A stretch of 64,000 nucleotides of DNA from NCBI RefSeq assembly GCF_009914755.1, contig NC_060928.1. The stretch is one strand, 5' to 3'. Shown here piece by piece: positions 1 to 13,053 of this stretch (positions within the stretch are counted from its first letter, which is position 1; each line of letters begins with the position of its first letter). Origin of the DNA: the human T2T-CHM13v2.0 reference genome, Homo sapiens. The notes beneath the pieces are model-generated. The model saw only the letters and a program-made list of their open reading frames with translations, ran no database searches and was not told the origin of the DNA. The translations under genes were made by a program, and so were the position numbers.

Positions 1-81
1 TTACCTTATAGTTAAAGGCAGTATGGACAAGCTCAACTTTTTACTACTTCCACACTCTCTCATTGAATTCTTCACAAATAG

Positions 82-655
82 TCATTCATTCAACAAGTAT
101 TTATTGAGTGTCTGCCCTTGTGAGGTCCATAGAGCTCAAAGGTGAATCGCATGTGAATCCTGCCCGTAGGGAGCTGAGCAGGGGACATGAGCCCTACAAC
201 CTTAACTCTAGCACAGAGGGGAATGCGAATAGAGCCATGAAAAAGGGACAGATACAATAAGGTGACTCCGAAGAAAGATCAATGATTTTTACCTGGAGAA
301 AACAGAGGTGGCATCACCTTTTTTAGATCTTAAAGTAATTTGGATTTGGAGATAGAAAGATGGAGGAAAATGTCTTTCCAGAGAGAAGCAACTCTGCCTA
401 AGTAGAAAGGTGTAAGGCATGGAGTGGCTACAGCAAGTGTGGCTAGAGCAAGGAATATGCGAAGAGGACACACGAGGGAGAGCTTGCAAAAATATATTTT
501 GGGGTATCTGTGACCAAATATAACATTCACCTTTAGAGTTCATTTCAAGTTTGATAGGCACTAGAAAGCCATTTGGAGTTTTCTAGGAGTAAATCGACAT
601 GTTCAGAGGTATGTTGCAGTAACATTAAACCTGGTGACTATGTGAGGTCTGATTG
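82..655 (-). mobile_element. L2 3' fragment
   Basis: tcattcattcaacaagtatttattgagtg is the antisense L2 terminus, followed by degenerate L2-like sequence. Right boundary approximate. Confidence 0.6.
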
Positions 656-886
656 TCCCATCTGTAACTCACTCAAAGTCATTATATCCAGAACTTTTTT
701 ATCAATCTGTGTATCAGTGAATTTGTCTAAAGTGAAAGGCTGCAGTGGCTGTTCTGGTTGTTCTTGTGCGGATCTGCCCAGCTGTGTTAGATCCTTAAAC
801 ACTTTTATAGTCTCCAAGTCTAGACCCTGTCCTTTTTCCTTGTGTCCATTTTGAACCTTGGTCACAAAGATTTCCCTGGGTATTCA

Positions 887-1228
<342 letters not shown>

Positions 1229-1691
1229 AGAAATGTTATCTCTATTTTCAGTAACAGAAATAAAATGAAAAATAGTAATGTTTTTCATAAGCAACCTTTC
1301 GATCTTAAAAATACTCTAAATCATGCAACTGATTATGTTTCCCTCTTTGTGCTGGCAAGTAGATTATTTAAAGCCAGATTTGTGTTCCTCTTTAAAAATG
1401 TATAGTACTATACAGTAGGTATTTTGTCCACTAACCTTAAATCTGGCTTTATCTTATGTTTCACACTTTTATTTTTCTTGTATTCTATCTTTATTTTTGG
1501 CAGTGTTGTACTTTATCTTGTTACACTTTATATACTGATTCTATCTTGAGTAAATTGGTACGGATAAATACATGCTCCAGCCACTTCTCATGTTTTGTAA
1601 GCCCAAATCTGTAGAGCTAGCATTGACCCTAACTGAATCCCCGGATTTTGCTCCTGTTTGTGGTCTGGTGCAGAATTTAAATTTCTGTCCA

Positions 1692-1992
1692 GGCCAGGCA
1701 CAGTGGCTCATGCCTGTAATCCCAGCACCTTCAGAGGCCAAGGCTGGAGGCTCACTTGAGCTCTGGAGTTCGAGACCAGTCTGGGCAACATAGTGAGACC
1801 TTGTCTCTACAAAAAATTTAAAAATTAGCCAGTGAGGTGGCTCATGCCTGTGATCCCAGCTACTCAGGAGGCTGAGGTGGGATTGATTTTCTTGAGTCCG
1901 GGAGGTCAAGGCTGCAGTGAGCTGTGATTGTGCCACTGCACCCCAGCCTGGGCAACAGAGCGAGACCCTGTCTCAAAAAACAATTAAAAAAA
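1692..1992 (+). mobile_element. AluJ-like, full length
   Basis: ggccaggcacagtggctcatgcctgtaatcccagc ... gaggtcaaggctgcagtgagc ... A tail. Confidence 0.9.
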
Positions 1993-3152
1993 TTTTTTTT
2001 AAATTTCCGGCCATCCACCCTATATCATTCAGACTTTGCATGTATTCTGTTCCACCAAATTTTAGATTGAACCTAGCTTTCATCAGCTGGATTTGTTTTA
2101 TTGGTAGGCCTCCTGATTGTGTTGTCAATTCAAGAGGTTCCAGTAAACAGCACACTGCTGCACTAGCCTGGGCAGACCATTGGCAAGAGCATGGATCCTC
2201 GTGTGGTGTCTTGTACGCTGTAAGTTCTCAGCAGACACTTACAAAATGAAGACGTGTACCTAAGGAAAGCCGCAGCTGCTTATTTTTGAAACCTTAATGG
2301 AAGTTTTCCCAATGGTTACGTTTTTATTTAGGAATAAGAATTCTAAATTCAACATATTGAAACATGATGATAATGGATCTTAAAATCATTTCTCTTTCAG
2401 TAACAGTGTTCTTGTCCATAATGCTTTATTTTACCATTTACACAGAGCTTTCATCCGTGACTGACGTAGCAGATTCCTGGAATATCAAGTCTAGAAAATG
2501 TACTTGGGATGAATGGCTAAGTGTGTGATGAATAAATGAATGAGTGGGTGCATTTCACTGAATCCTTACAATTGCACTAAGACCTGGATGGGGCAATAGT
2601 ATTTCTCACATTACAGGTGAGAAAACTGAGGCTTACTATCATGATGTCTGACAGAATCAGGACTTAAATTTGTTACTATGACTTGTAATATTCTGCTCTT
2701 CACATAGTATAATATCTAACATAATTTCTTCTCTATAATATAATATTCTTTCATGGCATCATGGAGTCATCTGACCCATACCACTGCTTCTTTTTAGGCA
2801 AAGTCTTGTTACTTTTTCCTTGGAAACATTTCTCCCTGTTCTCTCTTTGTTTCTATTCTGTTGACACCAACCTAGTCTAGGCCCTCATAACTATAGCTTG
2901 TTTAGTCATGCTATCAGCAATTTCTTGAAATGTACCTTAAAGACATCCATAGAGATTCTAGTCACATACACTGATGCTCTAATAAATTATATGAAACCTG
3001 AATAATAAATCTTTCATGAATTTTAAACTGTTAGTTTCTCTTTTTCTAACACAATGACAACTGTATGTGCCATTTCCTCAAAAGCGTATTTCAGTCTGAG
3101 ATTTAGACAATCATAATTTTTCATGAACACCAAAGCAATAAACCAAGAAGGA

Positions 3153-3235
3153 TTCCTGCAGTTTCTGGTATGGGAAATTTCAAGAAGACAGAGTTTCTAT
3201 TTTTGAAGTTCCCCCATATCAGAAACTGCAAGGAA
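3153..3235. repeat. 83-nt imperfect hairpin (about 33-bp stem, about 13-nt loop)
   Basis: tgcagtttctggtatggg (3157-3174) pairs with cccatatcagaaactgca (3213-3230), and the stem extends on both sides. Confidence 0.85.
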
Positions 3236-4717
3236 GTAGCGATATTTTCATATATTTAGGTATTATCTCTATCCCTCATTACAAGAGTGAGAAATTATTC
3301 ATTGTTAAATTATATGATATGGAATATTAGGGATCATTAGAAACATGTAATATTACTGATGTTATATGCTATGAGAGGAGTTATTTTTATCATTGTACCC
3401 TGTAAAGAGGTTTGATAATATATATTAAAACAATTACATATTATGTATTCATTTCATGCAAACTGAATTACAATGTTAAACTGTGCTATTTGGCTTAACA
3501 ATCACTGCTGGAGTTCACATCGTAGATGGAAGCTAGTACTTGTGTTTCCTATTCTTTGTTAATATGTGCATTTATATTAATAGCATGATTTAATACATCA
3601 CTTTAAAATTATACTGCATTTTGAACTGCATTTAGTCCAAAATTGACATCTTATGTGTGTGGAACCATATCAGTTTAGCATTAAATTAAAGAGTCATCTA
3701 TCTGTTTGGTAAAATGTAGTCTTCGTAAATTCTAGCACATCCAAAGCTAGGTAATGAGATGGAAAGTAGGTCTCAGATGTTACATTAATTTGTGAATTTT
3801 AACTTATGACGTATTAGCTTTACGGAATTTTCTAGCAGTTACAACACAGCATTCAAAACACAGTATTTATGTTTTGAAGTTGTCAGACTCTTTATGATTC
3901 TGGTTTAAAACAAAAATATTTGTATCACTGACATAGTGGCATGAGCCTATCTGGTCACCTATGACTTACTTCAGAATGTAGTTACACTGCTTACTGTGAA
4001 ATTGGAAAATCTGTTCTGTGTGTGTTCTAATGGATGTGACGGTCATTAAGTATATGAGTCTTCTGACGTTGTAATCAGATGTGATTCAGTCTGTTAAGTA
4101 CCCATGAAACAACATCTGCTTCACAGAGTGACCTTCTGCTAAAGAATACTTAGCATCTATTAGTAGATCATAGTGCAGATCTGCCTTATTTGAAATGCAC
4201 TAAACAAGAGTAGTCTACTGCTGTTTAGCAACTAGCTTGTAATAATTTATTGCAGTTAAATAAAGCTTAAAAAAACTCCATTAAATAATTATAGGGATTA
4301 TATGCATTTTGAAAACCTTTGTGTTCTACTGAAATTACCCATTTAATTTCAGGGTTGGTTTGTTAAAAAAAGCTGAAATCTGAAGGCACATTAGAGGAGC
4401 TGTCAGATGCTGTTTTCTGTAGGTGTTAATAAAACCAGATGAAAAAAAAATCTGAAACAAATTAAAACCAAAAGCAATTTTGCCATCTGTTGTGTATTAA
4501 TTAGAACTTTGTGTATCAAGGGTAAACTTGCTCTTAGAGAATGTCACTGAACACCCACTTAATAGAATAATATGCAAATTTATTAGGTTATGGATTTATA
4601 TGCAGTTTTTAATTCTAATTCATCTGCAGTGGATCCCCAAGAAATTGGTAGTGTGTATATACATATATATATATATAATGAGTTCTCTTTCTTTTTTTTT
4701 TTTTTTTTTTTTTTCAG

Positions 4718-4955
4718 AGCAACCTGCAAGCAATCAAGGCCAGTCTACCCTGCAGCCCTTGCCGCCTTCCCATAAGCAGCACTCTGCACAGCATCATCCA
4801 TCCATCACTTCTCTCAACAGAAACTCCCTGACCAATAGAAGGAACCAGAGTCCGGCCCCGCCGGCTGCTTTGCCCGCCGAGCTGCAAACCACACCCGAGT
4901 CCGTCCAGCTGCAGGACAGCTGGGTCCTTGGCAGTAATGTACCACTGGAAAGCAG
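4718..4955 (+). CDS. TENM3: TENM3 (teneurin-3) internal coding exon, 238 nt, intracellular domain (E-QPASNQGQ...[18 protein letters not shown]); probably exon 4
   Basis: Translation [79 protein letters not shown] matches the teneurin-3 intracellular domain as I recall it. Acceptor is T23-cag (ends 4717) and donor is AG|gtaaca at 4956. Phase 1 to phase 2, joining in frame to the 32443 exon (AG|G = Arg). Exon number is from memory. Confidence 0.97.
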
Positions 4956-7559
4956 GTAACATCTAAAATTTCAAAATAAGCTAGCCCAACCCTTTTCTCA
5001 CCAGGAGCAATTTACTATACTTACATATTCTGGTGTGGTGTTTTGGGGTTTTGTTGTTGTTGTGTTTTCTTTTTTCTTCTCTAAGAAGCAGTTCCAGATT
5101 GTTGTGATTTTTTTAGTTGCTGGGTCAGTGAATGTGCCTATTCTTTTCACACAGTTTGTTGCCTACAAGAGATGAGAATAAATTACTTCAGTGAAACTTT
5201 CCCTTACCACTGTTTGTTTTTTTCTTATCTACAAATTATCAGGCATGTGGAGAAAAGGACAGAGATGTAAAATGTTATTCTCAGTTGCATGTAGTTTGAT
5301 TCAGTGGACATGTCTGGCATCTTCTTGGTTCTAGACCTCTGTACTTTCTCAGACTATATTTTGTTCATTACATCATATATTCATAGTGGAGCCCCACTAT
5401 GAATATAACACTTAAGCACAAATCAGATGACAGTTTGTTAAGGATATTGTAGTTTCTTGCAGTATGAGGGAGATAGGACCTACTCTCTAAAGTTCCTTGC
5501 AGGATTATTTCCTAAGACAATCCATTCATCCTGACACAGTTCTATTAGGAAGTTTTTCCCTACAATGAACTGAAATCTCCATCCCTGAAACTTCCATCCT
5601 CTGACTGTAACCGTACAACTAGTAGTCTGCAACTATACAAAACAATTTTGCCCTGATTCATACATGATGGCCCATGAGCTTCTCAGTCTTCTAGAGGCTT
5701 CAGCAGTTTAATGGTCCTTCTCTGTACACATAGCATAGTGTTTCATTAAGGTTCAAAGTTAGGACTTCTCGCAAAGGCTGGCTGACAAGTGGTAAACTGC
5801 TCATACAAAAGTATGATCAGCGAAAGCTGTTTTGAGCTAATCCATTTCATTATTCAGGATCTCCTGGCATATAAAATTTCGCCTTCTTTCTTTGGACAGG
5901 AGCGTAACAGTCACTGTCTCCTTGTAATTATGTATTGCACAACCAACAGTGGTGTCTTACCTTATTGGTCTTCTGTTGGCAGCTTTGCGGGGAGGTTCCC
6001 CCAACATTCCTCTTATTCTTTATTTCTTCTCTGCCCCAGGGTTTCCGTTAGGCTTGGAGAAAAAGAGTTATCACCATAGAAAAGCCAGAAAATAGAGAGC
6101 TCTTGACGCCTTGAGAGACTGTCCCCCAAAATGTCCTGCCCTAGAGCTTCCGGTTAACATTAGGATTTAAATTAGCTTCTGGGTGAACAAAGTGTCTCAC
6201 AATGAATACATTGCTATTTCTCACCATTAGGTATATGGTCTCAACCCATTCTGCCTTGAGGATGAGCTAGCAGGAGGTCCCCACAGTTAGTTGTCAACAA
6301 TGAAAGTCTTTCTGTGTTTTCTTTTACTCTTGACCTAAGAACAAGGTTCTAAAGAACTCTTATCTTTTTATCCATATCAGCCACGAGTAGTTGAGTTTTA
6401 TTGTTTATTTTGTATTATTGAACATTCTTCTGGGAGAAATTAGGAAGAGAAAGAACAGGAAAAATAGGCAAACAGCAGATTTCTCTTCACTTAAGACACA
6501 GTCATGTATACGGATTTTTTTTTCCTGAGGTTATTAGCACAGACGTAAATTTACCCAGTGTAATTAATTAGCACACACTGAACAGCTAATCAACACCGAT
6601 TCACTATTGTCATTTGGAAAAAATTTATTAGGAAAAAAGTAATTTTCCAGTTGAGTCATCAGATTGAATATGGATATTACATTGTAGTTGACAATAATTG
6701 TTTTGACAAATATTTATGAAATATGTCAAATTAAATCCTCAGAAACGTGTTTAATTTTAGTGATGTTATAAAACACAAAAGCCTCAAAAACTGTCAGTAG
6801 GAGAGTTAGCATTCCGTGAAACCATGTCTTCCAGTGAATTTGGAATAATTTTGAGAAGAGTAAGATGCGTTCTTGTTATTCGTCTTATTGCACTGGAAAT
6901 TTTGATTGATGAGACTTTAAAGAAAGAAAGTAGTTGGTTAGAAGAAAATCCACTGTAGCCATATGTGAAATTGTAGCTGGTTTCTCTATATTCAGACCAT
7001 ATAAGAAATCACTCCCATGGTGAGTAGTTACTGAGATTTTCTTCCATTTCAAAGTAATGCCATTAATGAATCATCAATGGAATTAATATTATACAGTTTT
7101 ATGAGTTTCAGGGAGGAAATCAACCGCTGATATGATCTCACTAATAAATATACAGAATAATTAATCTAAAAATTTGTTGTTACACTAACAAATTTTAATC
7201 TGCAGTATAGTTTTGTTGTTTTCTCGTTATCCAAAGTTCACATCTTACAGTGTCGCTAATCAAAAGAAATGATATTTCAACTTGCAGTACTCAGTGAGTG
7301 AAGCTAAGCAGTGATGTGAAAATCTCACACTGTACCGACACAGTACTACTGTGGTTTCTTTAATAGTCTCACTTGGTTGGAACTCTGGAGGTGAAGAACC
7401 AGTCTTATTTATCATTGATTTTTCCTTCTTTTAGTTAAGGTTCCCTATTGAGTATGATTCTCAGACTCAGTTTCAGCTATATTAACAACTTTATCCAGAC
7501 TTGTGTCTGCCTTTAACTATTTTTTAATCTAGTGTATTGTTTCATCTTTGGCAATTATT

Positions 7560-7590
<31 letters not shown>
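7560..7590. repeat. (TA)n(CA)n compound microsatellite
   Basis: Read directly from the sequence. Confidence 0.9.
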
Positions 7591-9987
7591 CGATTTTGCT
7601 AATTCTCACTTTTTCTGAAACTGCCACTTAAAGGTTATAAGCTATGAAGTTTAAAATTCAGTTACGAATAAATAAGAATCTCTATATTTTTCTCTTAGTT
7701 CCTCCCCCTTTTCTCTTTTCAGCACAAATTGATAGTAATTGGTTACAAAATGGCATGTAATAACCCTTGAAAATCTCAGTGATTTGTAGACTTACAGTTT
7801 ATGTGAATTGCTGGAAAAGGCATAAAAGGATTTTCTACTTTGTCCTATATGTTTCAGTATAGCTATCATTTTGATTTATTCAAAAGCATTCTTTTTCACC
7901 AGGCAGTTTCTTGCTTCCATAAAAATGTTTATTTCCTTTCTCTAATGAATTTAACATTTGCTCCTGCTGGAGACAATCAATGTGACTGTGTACTGTACAT
8001 TCCCACTCAGTGAATAGAATACTTCTGGTCTATAATCTCCAGTGACTTTCAGATCTCCTAGAGTCACACTGAGATCCAAAAATGCCTTTGCAGTTCATAA
8101 GCATCTCCTTATTATGTCATCATTTCCTATTAACAATCGGTCCCTATGTATAATACCAAGTGCTTGCTTACAATTTTCCTGAAAATTCCTTTTCTTTGAG
8201 CTCACTATTTGTTATACTTTGGATTATTCACTTTTAGGGCATTGGAGAGCCTATAGCTTGCCCTTTGTTTATTTTATACTTCAGCTGCTTCAGTATGTAA
8301 TAATAGCTGCTACAAGAATACAGAGCAGCTGAGCAAACGCTTAGAATTGGCCCAGTACAGCAGCAGCACTTAAAGGTATGGTACAGTAACTCTCATTGAG
8401 AAGCCTTGTCCTTCAGCAACTGTAAAGTTAATTGCCTGCAAGTTCCTCATTTATATACGTGAATTAAACAGCTTAGTAGTTACCTATTAGATGTTAACAA
8501 AACGGTTCATTTGTAGCCATTTAATAAAAGATTTATTAAAGTCTTGTTTTATTATGAAGCCTACTTTGGCATGGATAGTTCATTAGTTATGTTCCCATAG
8601 CTTTTTACCTTCTAGTTCAGTAATGCTTTGCTAATTATTAATGTATGAAATTGCATATTAAATTGCCTCTTTATTAGTGCATTTTTTATTTCAATATTGA
8701 GATGTCTTGAGCCGCATTAATGTGAGATCAATTGTTAACGTCGTTAAAAAAACAGAATACCTAAACAGAGATATTGTTTACTAAACTAAGATATGATACT
8801 TTTTTCTCTTTTTATCTTCTTTAAAATGGTTGTAGGGAAGGTAAAAACAGTCATACACACACCGGGTCTGAGTCAGCCTTGCTGACGTGTGTCTGCATCC
8901 TATATGGGGTAGCTTTCCTGCCCCAGAGGAAACCTTTCCCAGCTGAAGAATTAACCTCCACCCACTTACTGATAACTAATAAACTACCATTAGTGAGGTA
9001 GTAAGTAGTGGAATCCTCCGTAATTAAAGATACAACTTCAAGTAAAATATGCCTGGGAAGGTAGCTCGATGACTAAGGTTGACTGACTGATGCTGATGCC
9101 ATATGCTTTTGTTAAAGACAGCTTGGGGAGACACAGGGTACCTGTGGGGAAAAGGAATATTACTGAATATGGAAAAGAGGTCCAAAAATGAAGAACCTAA
9201 GGTTACTTAACAAAAATTTCAAAATTGGACCTGGGCCAATGGTAGGAAATTCTTAAAGTTTCACCATCATCATTTATTTAAAAAAAAAAAAAAAAAGGGA
9301 AAGTCAACTTAAATTATATACTAATGAATAGTAAAAAATCACTTGGATTCTAAGTCTCTTAAAATATGGCACCTTTTATAACTTAGTATTTCTTAAGAGG
9401 ACTAGGAAGGGATATTGTTTATTTGTGAGAATGGGAAGAAACATGAAGAGGGAGATATAAAGTTCAAGAATTTGCTGTGTGCTGTTAATATTTAAGGCCT
9501 ATTTCAAGCCCTGGCTAAAAAAACCTTTGTCTCAGAGAGAGGAGGATAATTGAGGAAGCTATTGTAAGCTTAATTCAGTGCCTAAGCTCTGTGGTGACCA
9601 TATAGTTCATTACTAAAGCCAGGACACTTGCAGAGTGAGAAGGGGCCATATCAACAGTTACCCTGGAATTGCAGCATAAACTGATAGCTGTACCAGGCAA
9701 AGAGGGACGTGTGATTACCACACTAAGTTTTATTTCCAAGAGTAAAGTTAATTTTAAGTCCAAATTTTCTTATGCCTTAGATAAATAAGAATAAGAAATC
9801 AAACGAGAAAGGCAGGTTGAATGCAGGTAAGGCTCCAGACTTGAACATTTCTAATAGTTTCTATTGCTAACTTAGAGCAAATATTTAAACTTTTATTGAC
9901 CCCCTTCGCAGAAAAAGCTTCTATTGGCCTCCAAAATATGTAGCTCCTAAAATAATACTTAAAATATTTGTCTTAATTTTCTTCTCA

Positions 9988-10410
<423 letters not shown>

Positions 10411-12059
10411 TTACAGTTTGGGTTTCCAAAACCATTCTCTCAGGCTGAAGTAGAGGCTTCATTCTAGGAAAGTTTGAGATAAAGTTTCAAAGATGGTTAT
10501 TAAGATAAGTGAGAGTAAAAGCCCTATTTTTTAATGTGAGATTATTATTAACCACTTGTAATGCTGTAGCCTCAACTTGATTGTTTAGTGGGCGTCACGC
10601 CAATAATTAAAATGTGAAAGAAGGTTCTAGACCAATAGCAGCTCTCAAATGAAGGTCATTCTCAGGAGTCAGTATTGATATATATTCTAATTAAAACCTG
10701 GTGGATATAGTAGGGATACAAATCACAGTTTAGCGTCATGAGAAAAGCATATGCTTTAGAGACCTGGTTTTTAATCCTGCATCCACCATTTTCACTAACT
10801 ATTTAAATGTGAGGTCACATATTTAAATGTGAAGTCAGTTTCCAATGCAATAATAATACCTACTCAAAATGATTTATAAGTGTGAAATGAAATAAAGTAA
10901 GTGGAGCACGTGGCACATGCTAGGTGTTCCGTAAATGTTTTTAAAATAATTACCAAATGGTAATAGCAGCCATTGTGAAGGGCACCTCATTGGTTAATAC
11001 CTTTCATCATAAAGTAGCTCTCATCTCTCCAAACAATAAGAAAAGCATTTGTCTTAACTGAGATATTTTTGTCTAATTTATCTTTATGTGTTAGGTAGGC
11101 TAAACATGAAATTAAACCATGGTTAATTTTACTAGATTAAAATCTCTTAGTTTTCTCACTCTTCCCGTCGCTTAACAAAAAGTAGGTGGATTTTTGTAGG
11201 TAGGAACGCCCAGACTGTTAATTTTGTTCTTGAGAAGAAAAAAAATCTTCAAATAATAATGAAAGGCAACTATTCATATCCTTGAAACATTTAATTAACT
11301 AAAGTAATAAATGTTTGGAATGAATCAATAAAAGCCTTCATAGATGCATTGTCTTCACATCACTCAGAAGTGAGACCCCAGTTTTATTTAAGGTATTGAA
11401 CGCTTTAGAGTCTTTTGTGCATGATAAAAGTACTGTACAATAGAGTGGGAGTGTTATTTTGTTTAATTGGAGTGAACCAGTTTCTTTTTAATAGCAATTA
11501 AGACACCAAGAAAGTATGCATTAATCATTTGCTATAGTCCTTAAGTGATATTGAAAGCGTAATTTCAATAAATTGCAGATACTGTATATTCTGATAATGT
11601 TTGGCTTTGGATAACCGTAATCTATATAAAATGTTCACACATGATCATCTTAATTTTCATGGTACCTGTAGAAATGAATTGTTAATTACTTCTAACACAT
11701 TTTGAATCACACTTTTTTGAACGTGAACAGTGTAAAAGGTAATCTGTGCCTTTACTCTGGTCCTAGTCAGTGATTGCGATTAAGCCATTATCTTCCTCTG
11801 AAAATGACCTGTCATTCTCAAGCACTTCTCTTCCTCTCGAGCAACTGTTTTGTGAGGCTTTTTAAAAATACCATTCACTAGTATTGTCTGTAAAAGTATG
11901 TCTCAGTCCTCTTTACTTGTGTATGTGTATGTATTTGTACATAAGTATGCATACATATTTTATGTCTACTTGACATCCTTGCTACCTGGTGATTTTATTT
12001 TTTCCTGGAATCAAGGTGTATTCAGTTTTTTTAAAGATTGATTGATTGATTGATTGATA

Positions 12060-13053
12060 TTTTTTTGAGACGGGGCCTTGCTCTGTCACTCATGCTAGAG
12101 TGCATTGGCACAATCACGGCTCCCAGCAGTCTTGACCTCCCATCTCCGGTTCAAGCAATCCTTCTGCCTCAGCCTCCTGAGTAGCATGGACTACAGGTGT
12201 GGCATGGTGCCCAGATAATTTCTTAATATTTAATTATTAGCATTTATTTATTTGTCTACCGGCTGCTTGGCGTTTATTTTCCACGAGGTGCAAGGTGAAA
12301 AGTTACAGGTGTCAGGAGAGCTCACGTGCGCTGGGACAGTGAGGAGGGCTGTCTCCTTTTTGGTGTTAGCTGTGTTGATGTAAAAGAGCGCCCTGCTCGT
12401 CCGCTTGCTGCAGCCGCCCGGTCTGCAGGGTCCGCGGCGGCGGGGAGGGATTCTGGCGTCCTAGCGCTTCTGCAGGCCCGGGTTTGGGGGTGGCCGCTCA
12501 GGTCAGGGCTAGGACCCAGCACTGGCTTTGCTGGACAGGCCATCGGACTGCCTCCTGGGAGGTCCCCAAGCCAGGCCACAGGCGGTCCTGCTGCAGGGGT
12601 CCTAGGAGGCCCCGGGTGCTCTGCGGACCATAAAAATACCATGGCCATGAAAGGAGCTCGCCCGCCAGTGACCTGGGTCAGCCAGGGGCTCAGGGGCGGC
12701 TTCCCTATGGCACTCGGTGCCGCCGCAGGAGCTGCTGTTGGAAGTGGAACCTACTGTAGGTAGTAGTCGTGGGTGGCCCCAAGCAAGAGGCTGGAGGGAC
12801 TGGAGGGTATGGCCCATGCTCTTGCTTGCAGGCTGGTGGGACCTCAGTGGCAACTCTTGGGGATGGGACTGGGGACGCTAGGCCAGGAACCATTTGCGGA
12901 GGAGCCTGCTGGGAGGCTACTCCATGATGGAAACGTGCACAGATTAATTTTTTAGTTTTTTAAATTTTTGTAGAGACTGGGTCTGCTATGCAGTCTACCC
13001 ACCTGGGCCTCCCAAAGTGCTGGTATTACAGGCGTGAGCCACCACACCCAGCC
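12060..13053 (-). mobile_element. AluJ split at its central linker by the PPDPF retrocopy (arms approx. 12060-12221 and 12935-13053)
   Basis: The antisense right arm ends at gtgcccagataattt. The linker and left arm resume at gtgcacagattaattt ... cctcccaaagtgctggtattacaggcgtgagccacc. Confidence 0.85.
12222..12934 (-). pseudogene. PPDPF: Processed pseudogene (retrocopy) of PPDPF, frameshifted; CDS remnant approx. 12817 to 12503
   Basis: Minus-strand frames give PSS..GATHDYY / GSTSNSSSCGGTECHREAAPEPLADPGHWRASSF / FMAMVFLWSAEHPGPP / TACGLAWGPPRRQSDGLSSKASAGS. These are collinear with PPDPF (MAAIPSSGSLVATHDYY..GSTSSNSSCSSTEC..ADPGHWWASFF..FMATVLESAEH..TACGLA..SSTASAGPPS, recalled). No introns. 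AATAAA at 12278-12273, decayed A-rich tail 12222-12253, imperfect TSD 12207-12221 / 12935-12950. The symbol refers to the parent gene. Confidence 0.88.

Noticed and set aside
638-865. 75-aa minus-strand ORF that looks superficially protein-like
   Set aside because: Non-ATG start, adjoins degenerate L2 sequence, and matches no family I can recognise.
4528-4717. N-terminal extensions of the ORF-track hits over the TENM3 exons (also 32393-32442 and 57538-57556)
   Set aside because: They are intronic read-through of polypyrimidine tracts. The true boundaries are the AG/GT splice sites.
10800-10837. 20-bp tandem duplication tatttaaatgtga(g/a)gtca
   Set aside because: A trivial slippage duplication within MIR-like sequence, with no functional indication.
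12326-12763. 145-aa + strand ORF as an independent gene
   Set aside because: GTG start, antisense to the GC-rich PPDPF retrocopy where stop codons are naturally rare. It is kept only as a side note to the CpG finding.
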